A stretch of 64,000 nucleotides of DNA from assembly GCA_902564025.1 (NCBI GenBank), contig CACEZK010000003.1, positions 6,740 through 70,739 of the forward strand, in the 5' to 3' direction. This DNA comes from an uncultured Pelagibacteraceae bacterium (lineage in GTDB: Bacteria > Pseudomonadota > Alphaproteobacteria > Pelagibacterales > AG-422-B15). Shown here in pieces: positions 36,380-47,355 of this stretch (positions within the stretch are counted from its first letter, which is position 1; each line of letters opens with the position of its first letter). A program made the translations under genes and the position numbers. The notes beneath the pieces are model-generated. The model saw only the letters and a list, made by a program, of their open reading frames with translations. It did no database searches and was not told where the DNA came from.

Positions 36380-38584
36380 TTAAATTTTGGAATGTAAACT
36401 TTTAGGTTCAATTTTACCAGCCTGAGCTCTTTTACCCAGCCATTTTTTTATTTCATTGGCCGCCAAAAGAGTTTTACCATTATTCTCATTTAAAATACCT
36501 TCCTTAGAGTCAAAGCAAATACCGCTCAAAGTTTTTCCACTTTTGAATTTCTGTAATGTCACCCCTCTTCCTTTTTGCATTAAAGGTATTTCTGAATGAT
36601 CAAAAATTAGAAGTTTTACCACTTTCTTTTCACCACTAAAAACAGCTATTAAGTCTCCTTTTTTTTGAAAACAGGAGATAGCTTTTTCATTACCTTTTAA
36701 ATTCATAACCCTTTTCCCCGATTTAGTAGACGCCATTAAATCTGAGGTATTTACAAAAAATCCCCTGCCTGCACTACTGGTAATTAGATATTCCTTCTCT
36801 TGCTCATAAGTAGTTGCAAATAAAATTTCTTCATTATCATTTTTATCTATCAAGAGACTGACAGGATCGCCAAAACCTCTTCCTGCAGATATTTTATTAC
36901 AATTAATTGTATAAAATTTACCTAAAGTAGAAAAAAGCAGAAGTTTACTATTATTTTTTAATTTTATAATAAATTTCCCAGCATCTCCTTCTTTATACTT
37001 CACGTTTGTATAATCATCCTGATGTCCTTTTATGGTTTTAATCCATCCATTTTTTGAGAGTATCACTGTTATGGGATCCTTACTTTCAAATTCTTCAGTC
37101 GAGTAGTCAATTTCTTTATATTCTGTATTTACAACAGTTTTTCTATTTGTAGCATTTTCATCTTTTGAAAATATTTCCAAACTTTTTGTGAATTCTAAAT
37201 TTAATTCCTTTATTTGCTCTTTTTTTGATTTTAGTAGTTTGTCTAATTCTTTTTTATATGTATTCAAATCTTCATTTTCTTTTTTAATTTCTTTTTCTTC
37301 TAATTTTTTTAATTGCCTTAGCCTCATTGCCAATATTGCTTCGGCTTGCCTCTTATTTATTCGAAATACACTAATCAACTTTTTCTCAGGATCTGCTTCA
37401 GTTCTAATAATTTTAATTACTTTGTTTAAATTTTTATAAACTATTAAAAAACCTTTGAGTATTTCAAGTCTATTCTCAGTTTGAATTAGTCGATACTTTG
37501 TCCTTCTTTTTAAAACATTAAACCGATGGTCAATAAATGATTTTAAACTCTCTTTAAGTGAAAATAATTTTGGCTCGAGTTTGTGATTGATTGCATTAAA
37601 ATTGATGGCGTATCTAATTTCTAAATCTGAATTCTTACATAAGTCCTCAAAAATTACTTCAGCTTTAAAACTTCTATTTTTTGGAATGAGAACTATTCTG
37701 ATATCTTCTGCAGACTCATCTTGAATTGCCTCTAGGTAATTTGCTTTCTTATAATCAATAAGATCAGATATTTTTTCTATAATTCTGGCTTTATTTACTT
37801 GATAGGGAATTTCATAGACGATAATTTGATATTGACCTCTTCCAAGGTCTTCTTTTTTCCATCTTGCCCGAAGCCTTATTGTTCCCTTTCCTTTGACATA
37901 GGCATCTTTCAATGCATCATCACTATCAATGATTTCTCCTCCTGTTGGAAAATCTGGTCCAGGAATAAGCTTTAGTAATTGTGAGTTAGTATAATTTGGA
38001 TTTTTTAATAATTTTGATAAAGCCTTAAACAATTCATTGATGTTATGGGGAGGAATATTTGTCGCCATTCCAACTGCAATTCCTGAACTTCCATTAGCTA
38101 GCAAATTTGGAAACGCTGATGGAAGAACTATTGGCTCGTGATCGATGCCATCATATGTATTAATATAATCAATAGTATCCTCTGATATATCTTTTAGCAT
38201 TAGCTCTGCTAACGCAGTCAATCTTGCCTCTGTATATCTCATTGCAGCTGCATTATCTCCATCAATGTTGCCAAAATTTCCTTGGCCATCAACTAATGGA
38301 TACCTTGTTGAAAAATTCTGAGCTAATCTCACGAGTGCTTCATAAACAGACTGATCTCCGTGTGGATGAAATTTACCAATTACATCACCAACTATTCTTG
38401 CTGATTTCTTAAAACCAGAACTTGAGTTTAACCTTAATTGAAACATTGCAAACAATAGCCTTCTATGAACCGGCTTTAGCCCATCACGAATATCTGGTAG
38501 CGCTCGATGAGTAATTGTTGAAAGTGCGTATGCTAGATACTTTTCTTCTAGCGCGTCAGTGAAGTTAATGTTTTTGATTTTCAT
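36380..38584 (-). CDS. parC: DNA topoisomerase IV subunit A
   Basis: [25 protein letters not shown] (active Tyr); 734 aa; lies next to recO/era rather than gyrB. Confidence 0.88.
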   Translation of the reverse strand: MKIKNINFTDALEEKYLAYALSTITHRALPDIRDGLKPVHRRLLFAMFQLRLNSSSGFKKSARIVGDVIGKFHPHGDQSVYEALVRLAQNFSTRYPLVDGQGNFGNIDGDNAAAMRYTEARLTALAELMLKDISEDTIDYINTYDGIDHEPIVLPSAFPNLLANGSSGIAVGMATNIPPHNINELFKALSKLLKNPNYTNSQLLKLIPGPDFPTGGEIIDSDDALKDAYVKGKGTIRLRARWKKEDLGRGQYQIIVYEIPYQVNKARIIEKISDLIDYKKANYLEAIQDESAEDIRIVLIPKNRSFKAEVIFEDLCKNSDLEIRYAINFNAINHKLEPKLFSLKESLKSFIDHRFNVLKRRTKYRLIQTENRLEILKGFLIVYKNLNKVIKIIRTEADPEKKLISVFRINKRQAEAILAMRLRQLKKLEEKEIKKENEDLNTYKKELDKLLKSKKEQIKELNLEFTKSLEIFSKDENATNRKTVVNTEYKEIDYSTEEFESKDPITVILSKNGWIKTIKGHQDDYTNVKYKEGDAGKFIIKLKNNSKLLLFSTLGKFYTINCNKISAGRGFGDPVSLLIDKNDNEEILFATTYEQEKEYLITSSAGRGFFVNTSDLMASTKSGKRVMNLKGNEKAISCFQKKGDLIAVFSGEKKVVKLLIFDHSEIPLMQKGRGVTLQKFKSGKTLSGICFDSKEGILNENNGKTLLAANEIKKWLGKRAQAGKIEPKSLHSKI

Positions 38585-39303
38585 TTTATAATTGAAATTC
38601 TTAGATGATTCCTGCTTTTTGGGAAATTAAGATTATTTGGCTCATAAAATCTCTTACGAAAAAAATGCTCTGTCAGACTAAGTGCGTTCTCTAAATCCTC
38701 ATTATTATATTCAGACGATCTGTTAATTAAAAAGTTGGGTAGTTTAAATAGTTTATCTTTATAAGATCCTGCTCCTTCTATGGTTACAGCTCTTCCACTA
38801 CTTGGCGAAACAAACTTTAAATTTTCTTTCTCAGATGTTACTGCGCATTCAGTTAAATCTAGGCCGTAACCGATATCTGACAATAAATCAATTTCCCAAA
38901 AAATATAACTTTTGATCCAATCTTCTTTATTTTTACATATATCTTTTATTAGACTTAGTGACTTTTCATACATAAACGCATTTTGCTGTTTCTCTGCCAT
39001 AGTAGATATAATTATTGAACAAATAGAATTTATGCCATGCAAATTTATTTTACGATTCAGTATATAAGATGACCACAATTTAATAGGTTCAACAGTATAA
39101 TTACCTAAGTGACTTTCTAAACGTCCAGACCAATTTAACATTACTTCATTTCCTGGCTCTATTACTGCACGTAAGTTTTTTGAATGTATTCCTCTAATTA
39201 ATCCCTTATGCCTTCCATGGTCTTCTGTAAACGCATCTAAAATATAGGATGACTCATTATATTTTTTAAATCCTAATACAAATCCTGTTCCAGACCACCT
39301 CAT
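38581..39303 (-). CDS. recO: DNA repair protein RecO
   Basis: OB-fold N-terminus; conserved era-recO synteny; 240 aa. Confidence 0.8.
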   Translation of the reverse strand: MRWSGTGFVLGFKKYNESSYILDAFTEDHGRHKGLIRGIHSKNLRAVIEPGNEVMLNWSGRLESHLGNYTVEPIKLWSSYILNRKINLHGINSICSIIISTMAEKQQNAFMYEKSLSLIKDICKNKEDWIKSYIFWEIDLLSDIGYGLDLTECAVTSEKENLKFVSPSSGRAVTIEGAGSYKDKLFKLPNFLINRSSEYNNEDLENALSLTEHFFRKRFYEPNNLNFPKSRNHLRISIIK

Positions 39304-40148
39304 ATTTTCTTTTCTTTAGCAAGCTTTACAAATAAAAATAGGTGAATCTTTTTGTTTTCAAATCTTGCAATTTCTTTTCTTGAAGCTTGACCAATTTCTT
39401 TCAACATTGAACCTTTCTTTCCAACAAGTATATTCTTATGTGATTGTCTTTTAACTATAATCGATTGGTATATTTTGATTTGACTTGCAACCTTATTAAT
39501 CTTTTCAGTTACGATATCACACTGATAAGGTACCTCTCTATGTATCTTATCTAGTATTTTTTCTCGTGTTACTTCTGAATAAAATAGCTTCTTCTTAATC
39601 TGTATATTGCTAGAAGGCTTGCTTTTTAATGAAGTTTTAATAGTAAATTTCTTTGAAAATTTTATGAGATTTGCAACCCCTTCACCTGTGAGACTTGAAA
39701 TTGGAAATATTTCATTAAATATTTTTTCTTTTGAATAAAATTTAATTGCGCTAAGTACTTTATCTTTCTTAACTTTGTCTATTTTATTTAGTATTAGAAA
39801 TACATTCTGTTTTTCAATTTTATTTTCTAGAGAGTTAATAATTTTTTTATATTCATTGTTTATTCTTAACGATATATCTACGACAACGTAAATTAAATCT
39901 GAAGTCTCAATTTCCGCAAGGGGAGATGAAATGACATTATTATTAATTTTTTTTCTACTCGAAAAAAAGCCTGGAGTATCTTGGATAATAAATTCGTTTT
40001 CAGAGAATTTCTTATAGACCTTTTGATTAAATGTAGTTGACTGTTTTTTCCTTGAAACAAGTGATACTCGCTGTCCCATTATTTTATTAATAAGAGATGA
40101 CTTTCCAGAATTTGTTGGTCCAATTAATACAATGTTTCCACTCTTCAT
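39300..40148 (-). CDS. era: GTPase Era
   Basis: GPTNSGKSSL (G1), DTPG (G3), NKID (G4), C-terminal KH domain. Confidence 0.9.
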   Translation of the reverse strand: MKSGNIVLIGPTNSGKSSLINKIMGQRVSLVSRKKQSTTFNQKVYKKFSENEFIIQDTPGFFSSRKKINNNVISSPLAEIETSDLIYVVVDISLRINNEYKKIINSLENKIEKQNVFLILNKIDKVKKDKVLSAIKFYSKEKIFNEIFPISSLTGEGVANLIKFSKKFTIKTSLKSKPSSNIQIKKKLFYSEVTREKILDKIHREVPYQCDIVTEKINKVASQIKIYQSIIVKRQSHKNILVGKKGSMLKEIGQASRKEIARFENKKIHLFLFVKLAKEKKI

Positions 40149-40825
40149 TTAATAGAATTTATCTCATTTTTCTCTATGAAAGCAAGTGCAGCATTTTTTT
40201 CTGATTCTTTTATTGATGAAGAAGTTCCTATAGCTTTTTTATAATTCATAAATTCAACTTGAATTTTAAATTTAGGATTATGGTCAGGACCAGTTTTACT
40301 GATTGTTTTATACTTAGGAAGGGTTTTATATTTTTTTAGAGTCCACTCTTGTAGCTTTGATTTTGCATCAATAATATCTTCAGCAATATTATCAAACTTT
40401 GTTTTCCATAATGCTAATATTACTTTTCTTACTTGAGTAAAACTAGAGTCTAAATATATTGCTCCCAACAATGCTTCACATGCATCAGATAGAATACTTT
40501 TTTTATTGTTACCGAGTGATGATTTTTCAGTTTGTCCTAAAAGAATAAAATCTCCAAGGGATATTTTTTTTGCTATTTCATAGCAGGCATTTCTGTTTAC
40601 CAGACTACTTAGCATTTTGTCGAGAGAACCTTCGTGTTTGTCAGGCTTATCTATTAAAAGTTTCTCTGAAATTACTAATCCTAACACCCTATCACCAAGA
40701 AATTCTAGATTTTCATTACTTTCTAGTTTTTTGTAACTCTTATGTGTGACTGCCCGTTTTAAAAGGGTTTTGTCTTTAAATTTGTAGGAAATTTTTTTTT
40801 CTAAAATTGATAAATTTTTTGCCAT
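40145..40825 (-). CDS. rnc: Ribonuclease III
   Basis: NENLEFLGDRVLG RNase III signature; C-terminal dsRBD. Confidence 0.93.
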   Translation of the reverse strand: MAKNLSILEKKISYKFKDKTLLKRAVTHKSYKKLESNENLEFLGDRVLGLVISEKLLIDKPDKHEGSLDKMLSSLVNRNACYEIAKKISLGDFILLGQTEKSSLGNNKKSILSDACEALLGAIYLDSSFTQVRKVILALWKTKFDNIAEDIIDAKSKLQEWTLKKYKTLPKYKTISKTGPDHNPKFKIQVEFMNYKKAIGTSSSIKESEKNAALAFIEKNEINSIK

Positions 40826-41559
40826 TAACTTATTAGCTTAAGCAACCTTTTAAATTGTATATCAAAAGGCCACTTCCAAATTTCATAAAATCTTGAACCA
40901 CCTTCAGTTGAAAAAAATATAATTTGTGCCTTACCTACTAATCTGTCAAAATTTACAGAGCCCCAAAATCGGCTATCATTTGAATTATCTCTATTATCAC
41001 CGAGGAAAAAGTAACTGTCATTAGGAACAATTATTTCATTAGTATTATCGCCTGGGGATCCGTCTACATAATTATAAATTTCATATGATTTTCCATTTGG
41101 TAAAGTTTCGATGAGAACTCTTGCTTTTACTACGCGTCCATTTTTTAAAATCTTCGTATCCTCTCTTAATTCTTTATATTTAGCGCTTTCACCATTAATG
41201 ATTAATTTTCCATCTTCAACTTTTATGATATCGCCCGGCATACCTACTAATCTTTTAATATAGTCCAAATTAGTATGAGGCGGTTTAAATATTATAACAT
41301 CTCCTCTTTCTGGATTTGTTGATAAAACTCGATCTGATATTGGTCCAAGACTAAATGGAAATGAATGTTTACTGTAACCATAATCATACTTTGAAGCGAA
41401 TAACCGATCACCAATAAGTAAGTTTGGCTCCATCGAGGAAGAGGGAATAAAAAATGGTTGGAATAAAAAAGTTCTGATCAATAAAGCTATTAACAATGCA
41501 TAAATCAATGTTAACAAATTTGATTTAAACCATGATTTGCTGAGAAATTTATCGGTCAT
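40825..41559 (-). CDS. lepB: Signal peptidase I
   Basis: PSSSMEP (Ser), YIKRLVGMPGD (Lys), GDNRDNSNDSR. Confidence 0.93.
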   Translation of the reverse strand: MTDKFLSKSWFKSNLLTLIYALLIALLIRTFLFQPFFIPSSSMEPNLLIGDRLFASKYDYGYSKHSFPFSLGPISDRVLSTNPERGDVIIFKPPHTNLDYIKRLVGMPGDIIKVEDGKLIINGESAKYKELREDTKILKNGRVVKARVLIETLPNGKSYEIYNYVDGSPGDNTNEIIVPNDSYFFLGDNRDNSNDSRFWGSVNFDRLVGKAQIIFFSTEGGSRFYEIWKWPFDIQFKRLLKLIS

Positions 41560-41563
41560 TAAA

Positions 41564-41944
41564 TTAATTAATTGTTACAATTGCTTGAGCGTAAGGAAAC
41601 TCATCAGTAATTGTTAAACTTATATCTGGCTCCATATCGTTCGCAATTTTTTTGAGTTGAAGTTGAGAATTTCCATGAAAAGTAATCGTAGGTTTTCCTG
41701 AGGGTAGATTGGTAACTTCTAAATCTCTCCAAAATACTCCGTTTCTAAAACCTGTACCAAGAGCCTTTGCCGCAGCTTCCTTAGCTGCAAACCTTTTAGC
41801 ATAACAAGCTGCACTTTCTTTTCTTCTTTCACATTTTTTTATCTCATTTTCTGTAAAAATTCTTTTTTTAAACCTATCTCCAAACTTTGAAAGCGTGTTT
41901 TCTATTCTGCGTATATCAATTAAATCTGATCCTAGTCCTATCAC
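41564..41944 (-). CDS. acpS: Holo-ACP synthase
   Basis: GSDLIDIRRIE, FAAKEAAAKALG. Confidence 0.92.
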   Translation of the reverse strand: MIGLGSDLIDIRRIENTLSKFGDRFKKRIFTENEIKKCERRKESAACYAKRFAAKEAAAKALGTGFRNGVFWRDLEVTNLPSGKPTITFHGNSQLQLKKIANDMEPDISLTITDEFPYAQAIVTIN

Positions 41945-42681
41945 TGAATTTCCCTTCCTTTTTTAATCAGTTCTCTAAATTTACTTATTGATTTTTCTAA
42001 TCCAAGAAAAACTGACTCAGAAATGATAAAATGTCCAATGTTAAACTCTTTTACTTCCTTTATCTTAGATAGTTCCCCTACAGAATCGAATGTTATTCCA
42101 TGACCAAAATGTAATTCAAGTCCAATGCTATTACTAAAATCTGCTGCTTCTCTAATTCGTTCAAGTTCTGATGAAGCATCTTCCTTATAGTTTATTTTAC
42201 GGCAAAATTCTCCCGTATGAAGCTCTACAATATCAGCTCCGATCTCTTTGGCAATTTTGATTTGGTCCGTTGAAGCGTCTATAAACAAAGAGACCCTTAT
42301 GTTATTTTTTTTTATCTTTTCAATTTTTGGTACGAGAATATTATGATTACTTCTTAAATCAATTCCGCCTTCGGTGGTTATTTCCTCTCTTTTTTCTGGA
42401 ACAATACAACATGCATTCGGACCTGCATTCACTGCTATGTCAACCATTTCATTGGTTGGTGCCATTTCAAAATTTAATGGAATGGAAATGTTCTCAATAA
42501 TTTCATTAATATCATCGTCTCTTATATGACGCCTATCTTCTCTTAGATGCGTAGTTATGCCATCTGCTCCATATTCTTGGCACAAAAGTGCAGCTCTTAG
42601 TGGGCTTGGATAGTTTTCTCCTCTGGCATTTCTAAGAGTTGCTACGTGATCAATATTTACACCAAGACGAGGTAGGGTCAT
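41941..42681 (-). CDS. pdxJ: Pyridoxine 5'-phosphate synthase
   Basis: LGVNIDHVATLRNAR, ELHTG. Confidence 0.94.
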   Translation of the reverse strand: MTLPRLGVNIDHVATLRNARGENYPSPLRAALLCQEYGADGITTHLREDRRHIRDDDINEIIENISIPLNFEMAPTNEMVDIAVNAGPNACCIVPEKREEITTEGGIDLRSNHNILVPKIEKIKKNNIRVSLFIDASTDQIKIAKEIGADIVELHTGEFCRKINYKEDASSELERIREAADFSNSIGLELHFGHGITFDSVGELSKIKEVKEFNIGHFIISESVFLGLEKSISKFRELIKKGREIQ

Positions 42682-43266
42682 TTATATTACTCTACTGCCA
42701 GGTTTTGTTGCAGGTATTTTATTAAGATCGTCTGGGAGGTTATTGGGATCATAAATTGGAATATCTAGTTTTAGGACTGATATTACATTGTGGTCTTTAA
42801 ATAATTTATGATTTGAACGATCAACGATTGCTGCAATGCCTAATAAATTAATATTTAAGGGTTTTAGTTTTTCTAAACATTCATTTGTTGATTTCCCTGT
42901 TGTAATTACATCCTCAACGAACAAGACGTTTACATTTTCTTTAATATTAAAGCCTCTCCTCAATTCAAATTCGTTATCGACTCTCTCAAAGAATATAAAT
43001 TTAGATCCTAAAGATCTTGCGAGCTCATACCCGACGAGAAGACCTCCTAAAGCAGGAGATATCACATAATCAATCTCGTCATTAATATTTTCTTGCACCC
43101 TGTACTTTAACTCTTCACAGACCATCTCTCCATTTCTAGGATCTTCAAATAACTTTGAACACTGGCAGTAAATTTTAGATCTTTTTCCCGATGAAAGTAT
43201 AAAATGTCCATGTTGAATAGCTTCTACTCTTTCAAAAAAATCTTTTATTTCTTTTTCAGTTTTCAT
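42682..43266 (-). CDS. pyrE: Orotate phosphoribosyltransferase
   Basis: VLFVEDVITTGKS PRPP-binding motif. Confidence 0.88.
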   Translation of the reverse strand: MKTEKEIKDFFERVEAIQHGHFILSSGKRSKIYCQCSKLFEDPRNGEMVCEELKYRVQENINDEIDYVISPALGGLLVGYELARSLGSKFIFFERVDNEFELRRGFNIKENVNVLFVEDVITTGKSTNECLEKLKPLNINLLGIAAIVDRSNHKLFKDHNVISVLKLDIPIYDPNNLPDDLNKIPATKPGSRVI

Positions 43267-45392
43267 AAATTTATCAAAAGCCTACTTACAGAACTTACAA
43301 TATCCACCTCTGAAAGAGTTTCTATAATCTTATCAAGATGATCAAGATTATGAACGTCAATAATAAAAATCATATCAAAATAATCATCGCCTTTTTCAGA
43401 TATGTTAAGGTTAGTTATATTACCACCTGCACTTCCAACAATGGTTGCTAATTTACCCAAAGATCCAGGTTCATTTTTAACTGAGACTTTTATTCTTGAA
43501 GAAAAATACTGCTTTGGATCTACATCTTTCCATGAGGCAGTGATCCAATCTTCTTTTTTTGTTTCTTTATCTAGCTCCTTACATAAACTGGAGTGAATGA
43601 TTACACCCGAGTCTTCTGATGTAAGCCCTAAAATATTTTCATTAGGTAAAGGGAAACAGCATTCTGCATAATGAATTGCAATTCCAGGTTGGAAGTTACT
43701 TATCTCTAAAGGCATCTTATCGTTTGTGTCTCTTCTTCTGTATCGAGAAAAAAATGATAGAGTTGAACGAGGCTTAAGCTTTGATAATTGATGTGGCTTT
43801 ATACTTCCTTTCCCGATAGCAACAAGAAACTCCTCAGGACTTTTCCTATTAAAATTTTTTGCAAAATTACTAATTTCTATGTTTGTAATATCTTCATTTC
43901 TACCTGTGACTTTGTGTAATATTTTTAACCCTAGACTTGTAAATTCATCTTTCTCTTGCTTTTTAAAAAATCTTTTTATCGATGACTGTGCTTTTGCAGT
44001 TGTAACAATATTTTCCCAAGTTTCAGATGGGGATGGTTTTTTTGATGTTAGTATTTCAATCTCATCTCCATTTTGAAGTTTTGTAAATAAGGGTCTAGGT
44101 TTTCCATTAATCTTGCATCCAACACAACGATTTCCAATTTCAGAATGAAGGGCATAAGCAAAATCGATAGAGTTAGAATTTGCAGGCAAATGAATTAAGT
44201 CACCTTTTGGTGTAAAACAAAAGACTTGATCCTGGAACATTTCTAATTTTGTAGCTTCAAGTAAATCTTCAGAGCTTCCACCGCTGTCCAATATTTCAAC
44301 TAAATCTCTCAACCAAGTAACATTAACTGGATCTGAAGAAGAGTTATCTACTAAGTTATAATTCTCTTTATAGCTCCAGTGTGCGGCTATACCCTTATCT
44401 GCTATAGTGTTCATTTCATTTGTTCGAATTTGAAGTTCAACTCTTTGTCTTTCGGGGCCAACTATCGTTGTATGAATTGACTGATAATTATTTATTTTTG
44501 GTGTCGATATGTAATCTTTAAATGAGCCGGGGACAGCAGACCACCGATTATGAATGATACCTAGTATACTATAACAGTCTTCAATGCTTTCGGTGATAAT
44601 CCTATATGCAAAAATATCAGACAATTGTCTAAAAGCAATTTGCTTATTTTGCATTTTATTCCATACAGAGAATATCTTTTTTTCACGCCCTATTATTTGA
44701 CAATTAATTTCATTTTTTTCTAAAAGACTGAATATTCTAGTTTTTATTTTATCAGTTAGATTAGATTTATCTTTTTTCAAATACTCAATTCTTGTCATTA
44801 ATGACGAATATGCTGATGGATTTAAAATTTGAAATGATAAATCCTCTAACTCATCTTTAAATTCATGCATTCCCAATCTTCCAGCAAGAGGAGCATAAAT
44901 TTCTAGAGTTTCAGATGCGATACGCTGTCTTCTTTTTTCCTGAGGAATAAATTGAATTGTTCTCATGTTATGCAAACGGTCAGCTAACTTTACTAACAAA
45001 ACCCTTATATCCTTAGACATTGCTAAAATTAATTTTCTAAAATTTTCAGCTTGAAATTTGTTTTCAGTATAGGTTTCGATTTTTGATAGTTTTGTAACAC
45101 CGTTTACTAATTGAAGGATTTCTTTTCCAAATTTTTCTTCAATTTCATTTTCTGTAGCAAGTGTATCCTCAAGCGTGTCATGTAATAAGCCCGTAATAAT
45201 TGTGGAAGTATCTAATTTTAAATTTAACAGAATATCTGCAACTGCAACTGGATGAGATATATATGGATCTCCTGAGTATCTTTTTTGTGTCTTGTGACAC
45301 TCTACTGCAAAAGAATAGGCTTTTTCTATTAATCTAGAGTCAAGATGCTTATCAATCGGTTTTGCAGGTTTATAGAATGTTGATTGTGCCAT
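43263..45392 (-). CDS. spoT: Bifunctional (p)ppGpp synthetase/hydrolase (RelA/SpoT homologue)
   Basis: HD domain (HKTQKRYSGDPYISHP, LHDTLEDT), RelA_SpoT synthetase domain, TGS and C-terminal ACT-like domains; 709 aa. Confidence 0.93.
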   Translation of the reverse strand: MAQSTFYKPAKPIDKHLDSRLIEKAYSFAVECHKTQKRYSGDPYISHPVAVADILLNLKLDTSTIITGLLHDTLEDTLATENEIEEKFGKEILQLVNGVTKLSKIETYTENKFQAENFRKLILAMSKDIRVLLVKLADRLHNMRTIQFIPQEKRRQRIASETLEIYAPLAGRLGMHEFKDELEDLSFQILNPSAYSSLMTRIEYLKKDKSNLTDKIKTRIFSLLEKNEINCQIIGREKKIFSVWNKMQNKQIAFRQLSDIFAYRIITESIEDCYSILGIIHNRWSAVPGSFKDYISTPKINNYQSIHTTIVGPERQRVELQIRTNEMNTIADKGIAAHWSYKENYNLVDNSSSDPVNVTWLRDLVEILDSGGSSEDLLEATKLEMFQDQVFCFTPKGDLIHLPANSNSIDFAYALHSEIGNRCVGCKINGKPRPLFTKLQNGDEIEILTSKKPSPSETWENIVTTAKAQSSIKRFFKKQEKDEFTSLGLKILHKVTGRNEDITNIEISNFAKNFNRKSPEEFLVAIGKGSIKPHQLSKLKPRSTLSFFSRYRRRDTNDKMPLEISNFQPGIAIHYAECCFPLPNENILGLTSEDSGVIIHSSLCKELDKETKKEDWITASWKDVDPKQYFSSRIKVSVKNEPGSLGKLATIVGSAGGNITNLNISEKGDDYFDMIFIIDVHNLDHLDKIIETLSEVDIVSSVSRLLINL

Positions 45393-45447
45393 AATGCACT
45401 ATTAATCATACATTATTTACGAAGTGAAGCTCAAAATAAATGACTAT

Positions 45448-45966
45448 TTATAGGGTATTAGTGACTTTGTATAATTTATCTTCAATATACACGCTTTTAT
45501 GAAGCCTCATAATTGATAATTTTTTTTCAGAGTGGAGCCATCCAGGACAAATGTCCATTAAAGGCCGTAATACAAAATTTCTTTCATGAAGTCTTGGATG
45601 TGGAATTTCAATAGAATTTTTGTTCTCATTTATCAATATTTTGCTGGACTTACTAAGCAAAAGAATATCTAAATCACATGTTCGAGAAGTATTCTTACGG
45701 TAGGCGTATCTTCCAGTAATTCTTTCGATTTTTTTTAAAATTATTAGTAAATTTTTAGGTTTTAATTTTGTTTCAACAACTAAAGCAGCGTTTAAAAAGG
45801 TTTCGGCGGCAGTTTTAAAATTTTTAGGTGGAGATGAATATAATTTTGACTTTTTTATTACTTTGATATTGTTACGCTCCAACTCTTTCAAAACAAATTT
45901 AAGTGTATTTAATTTATTCCCAAATCTTGAGTTAGAATTTGAACCAATTCCTAAAGCGTAAATCAT
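45448..45966 (-). CDS. folK: 2-amino-4-hydroxy-6-hydroxymethyldihydropteridine pyrophosphokinase
   Basis: [27 protein letters not shown]. Confidence 0.88.
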   Translation of the reverse strand: MIYALGIGSNSNSRFGNKLNTLKFVLKELERNNIKVIKKSKLYSSPPKNFKTAAETFLNAALVVETKLKPKNLLIILKKIERITGRYAYRKNTSRTCDLDILLLSKSSKILINENKNSIEIPHPRLHERNFVLRPLMDICPGWLHSEKKLSIMRLHKSVYIEDKLYKVTNTL

Positions 45967-46400
45967 CCGTACTTTTTTTTCTCCCTAACCCAATCTTTTC
46001 TTTTTTTAGCATCTCTTTTATCATGTAGTTTTTTTCCTTTAGCAAGAGCAATTTCCAACTTTGCCTTACCTTTTTTATTGAAGTATATTTTTGTTGGGAT
46101 CAAAGTAAGTGACTCTTTATTTAATTTTCCAATGATTTTTCTGATTTCTTTTTTATGCAAAAGTAATTTTCGTGGACGGTTTTCAACATGATTTAGATAT
46201 GAAGCATTAGAATATTTCGAGAAATGTGAGTTTATTAAAAATATTTCATTATTATCTTCCCTTGCATATGACTCGGCTATCTCAACTCTTCCATTTCGAA
46301 GCGATTTTATCTCACTACCTTGTAGTTCAATTCCTGCCTCAAATAATTCAACAAATGTATAATTATACTTTGCTTTTCTGTTTTGAACTGCTATTTGCAA
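45963..46400 (-). CDS. smpB: SsrA-binding protein
   Basis: [28 protein letters not shown]. Confidence 0.94.
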   Translation of the reverse strand: MQIAVQNRKAKYNYTFVELFEAGIELQGSEIKSLRNGRVEIAESYAREDNNEIFLINSHFSKYSNASYLNHVENRPRKLLLHKKEIRKIIGKLNKESLTLIPTKIYFNKKGKAKLEIALAKGKKLHDKRDAKKRKDWVREKKKYG

Positions 46401-46402
46401 GG

Positions 46403-47275
46403 CTATATTAATGATGCGTGCTTCATAGCTTTATCAACTAATTGCTTAGTTTCATCTGATATACTTGTAAGCGGCAGTCTTATGTCATCTTTGCATAAAC
46501 CAAGCTTAGAAGCCGCATATTTTACTGGGGCAGGACTGGACTCAACAAATAAAGCATGATGCAACGGCATCAGTTTGTCATTTATCTCAGAAGCTTTAGC
46601 AAAATTTTGATCTAAACAATATTTCATAAATTCAGAACATAATTTTGGGGCGATATTAGACGTCACCGAGATAGATCCGTGACCACCGTAAATCATAAAA
46701 GCTAACGTAGTTGCATCATCTCCTGTTAATTGGTTAAAATCTTCTCCTATTGTTGTTTTCGTTTCATAAACTCTTGGTATATCTGAAGTAGCATCCTTTA
46801 CTCCAACAATGTTTTTAATTTTAAACAAATCCCTCATTGTTTTTGTATTCATATCAACAATTGATCTGCCAGGAATATTATAAATAATAATTGGAAGTGT
46901 AGTTGCCTTACTAATTGCCTCGAAGTGTGAGTATAAACCATGTTGGGTAGGTTTATTATAATATGGTGTAACTACTAAAGCTCCATCAGCACCTGCTTTT
47001 TCAGCATGCATGGTGAGATCGATTGCTTCGTCGGTGTTATTTGATCCAGTTCCTGCTATTACTGGTACACGTTTTGCTGTTTCTTCAACACATACCTCAA
47101 CTGCTAACTTGTGTTCTTCATGGCTTAAAGTTGGTGACTCGCCTGTTGTACCTACAGGAACCAATCCATGTATACCTTCTGATATTTGAAAATCTATCAG
47201 AGACCTAAATGATTTTTGATCAATAGATTTACCGTCAAAAGGTGTAATTAATGCTGTATGAGATCCTTTAAACAT
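46403..47275 (-). CDS. dapA: 4-hydroxy-tetrahydrodipicolinate synthase
   Basis: [28 protein letters not shown] (Schiff-base Lys). Confidence 0.94.
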   Translation of the reverse strand: MFKGSHTALITPFDGKSIDQKSFRSLIDFQISEGIHGLVPVGTTGESPTLSHEEHKLAVEVCVEETAKRVPVIAGTGSNNTDEAIDLTMHAEKAGADGALVVTPYYNKPTQHGLYSHFEAISKATTLPIIIYNIPGRSIVDMNTKTMRDLFKIKNIVGVKDATSDIPRVYETKTTIGEDFNQLTGDDATTLAFMIYGGHGSISVTSNIAPKLCSEFMKYCLDQNFAKASEINDKLMPLHHALFVESSPAPVKYAASKLGLCKDDIRLPLTSISDETKQLVDKAMKHASLI

Positions 47276-47355
47276 TGTTTACAATAGCACTTTTAATTAT
47301 TTAAAAAAACCTTAATCATAAATATACTTGTGTAAATCAAACAAATAACTATTTC

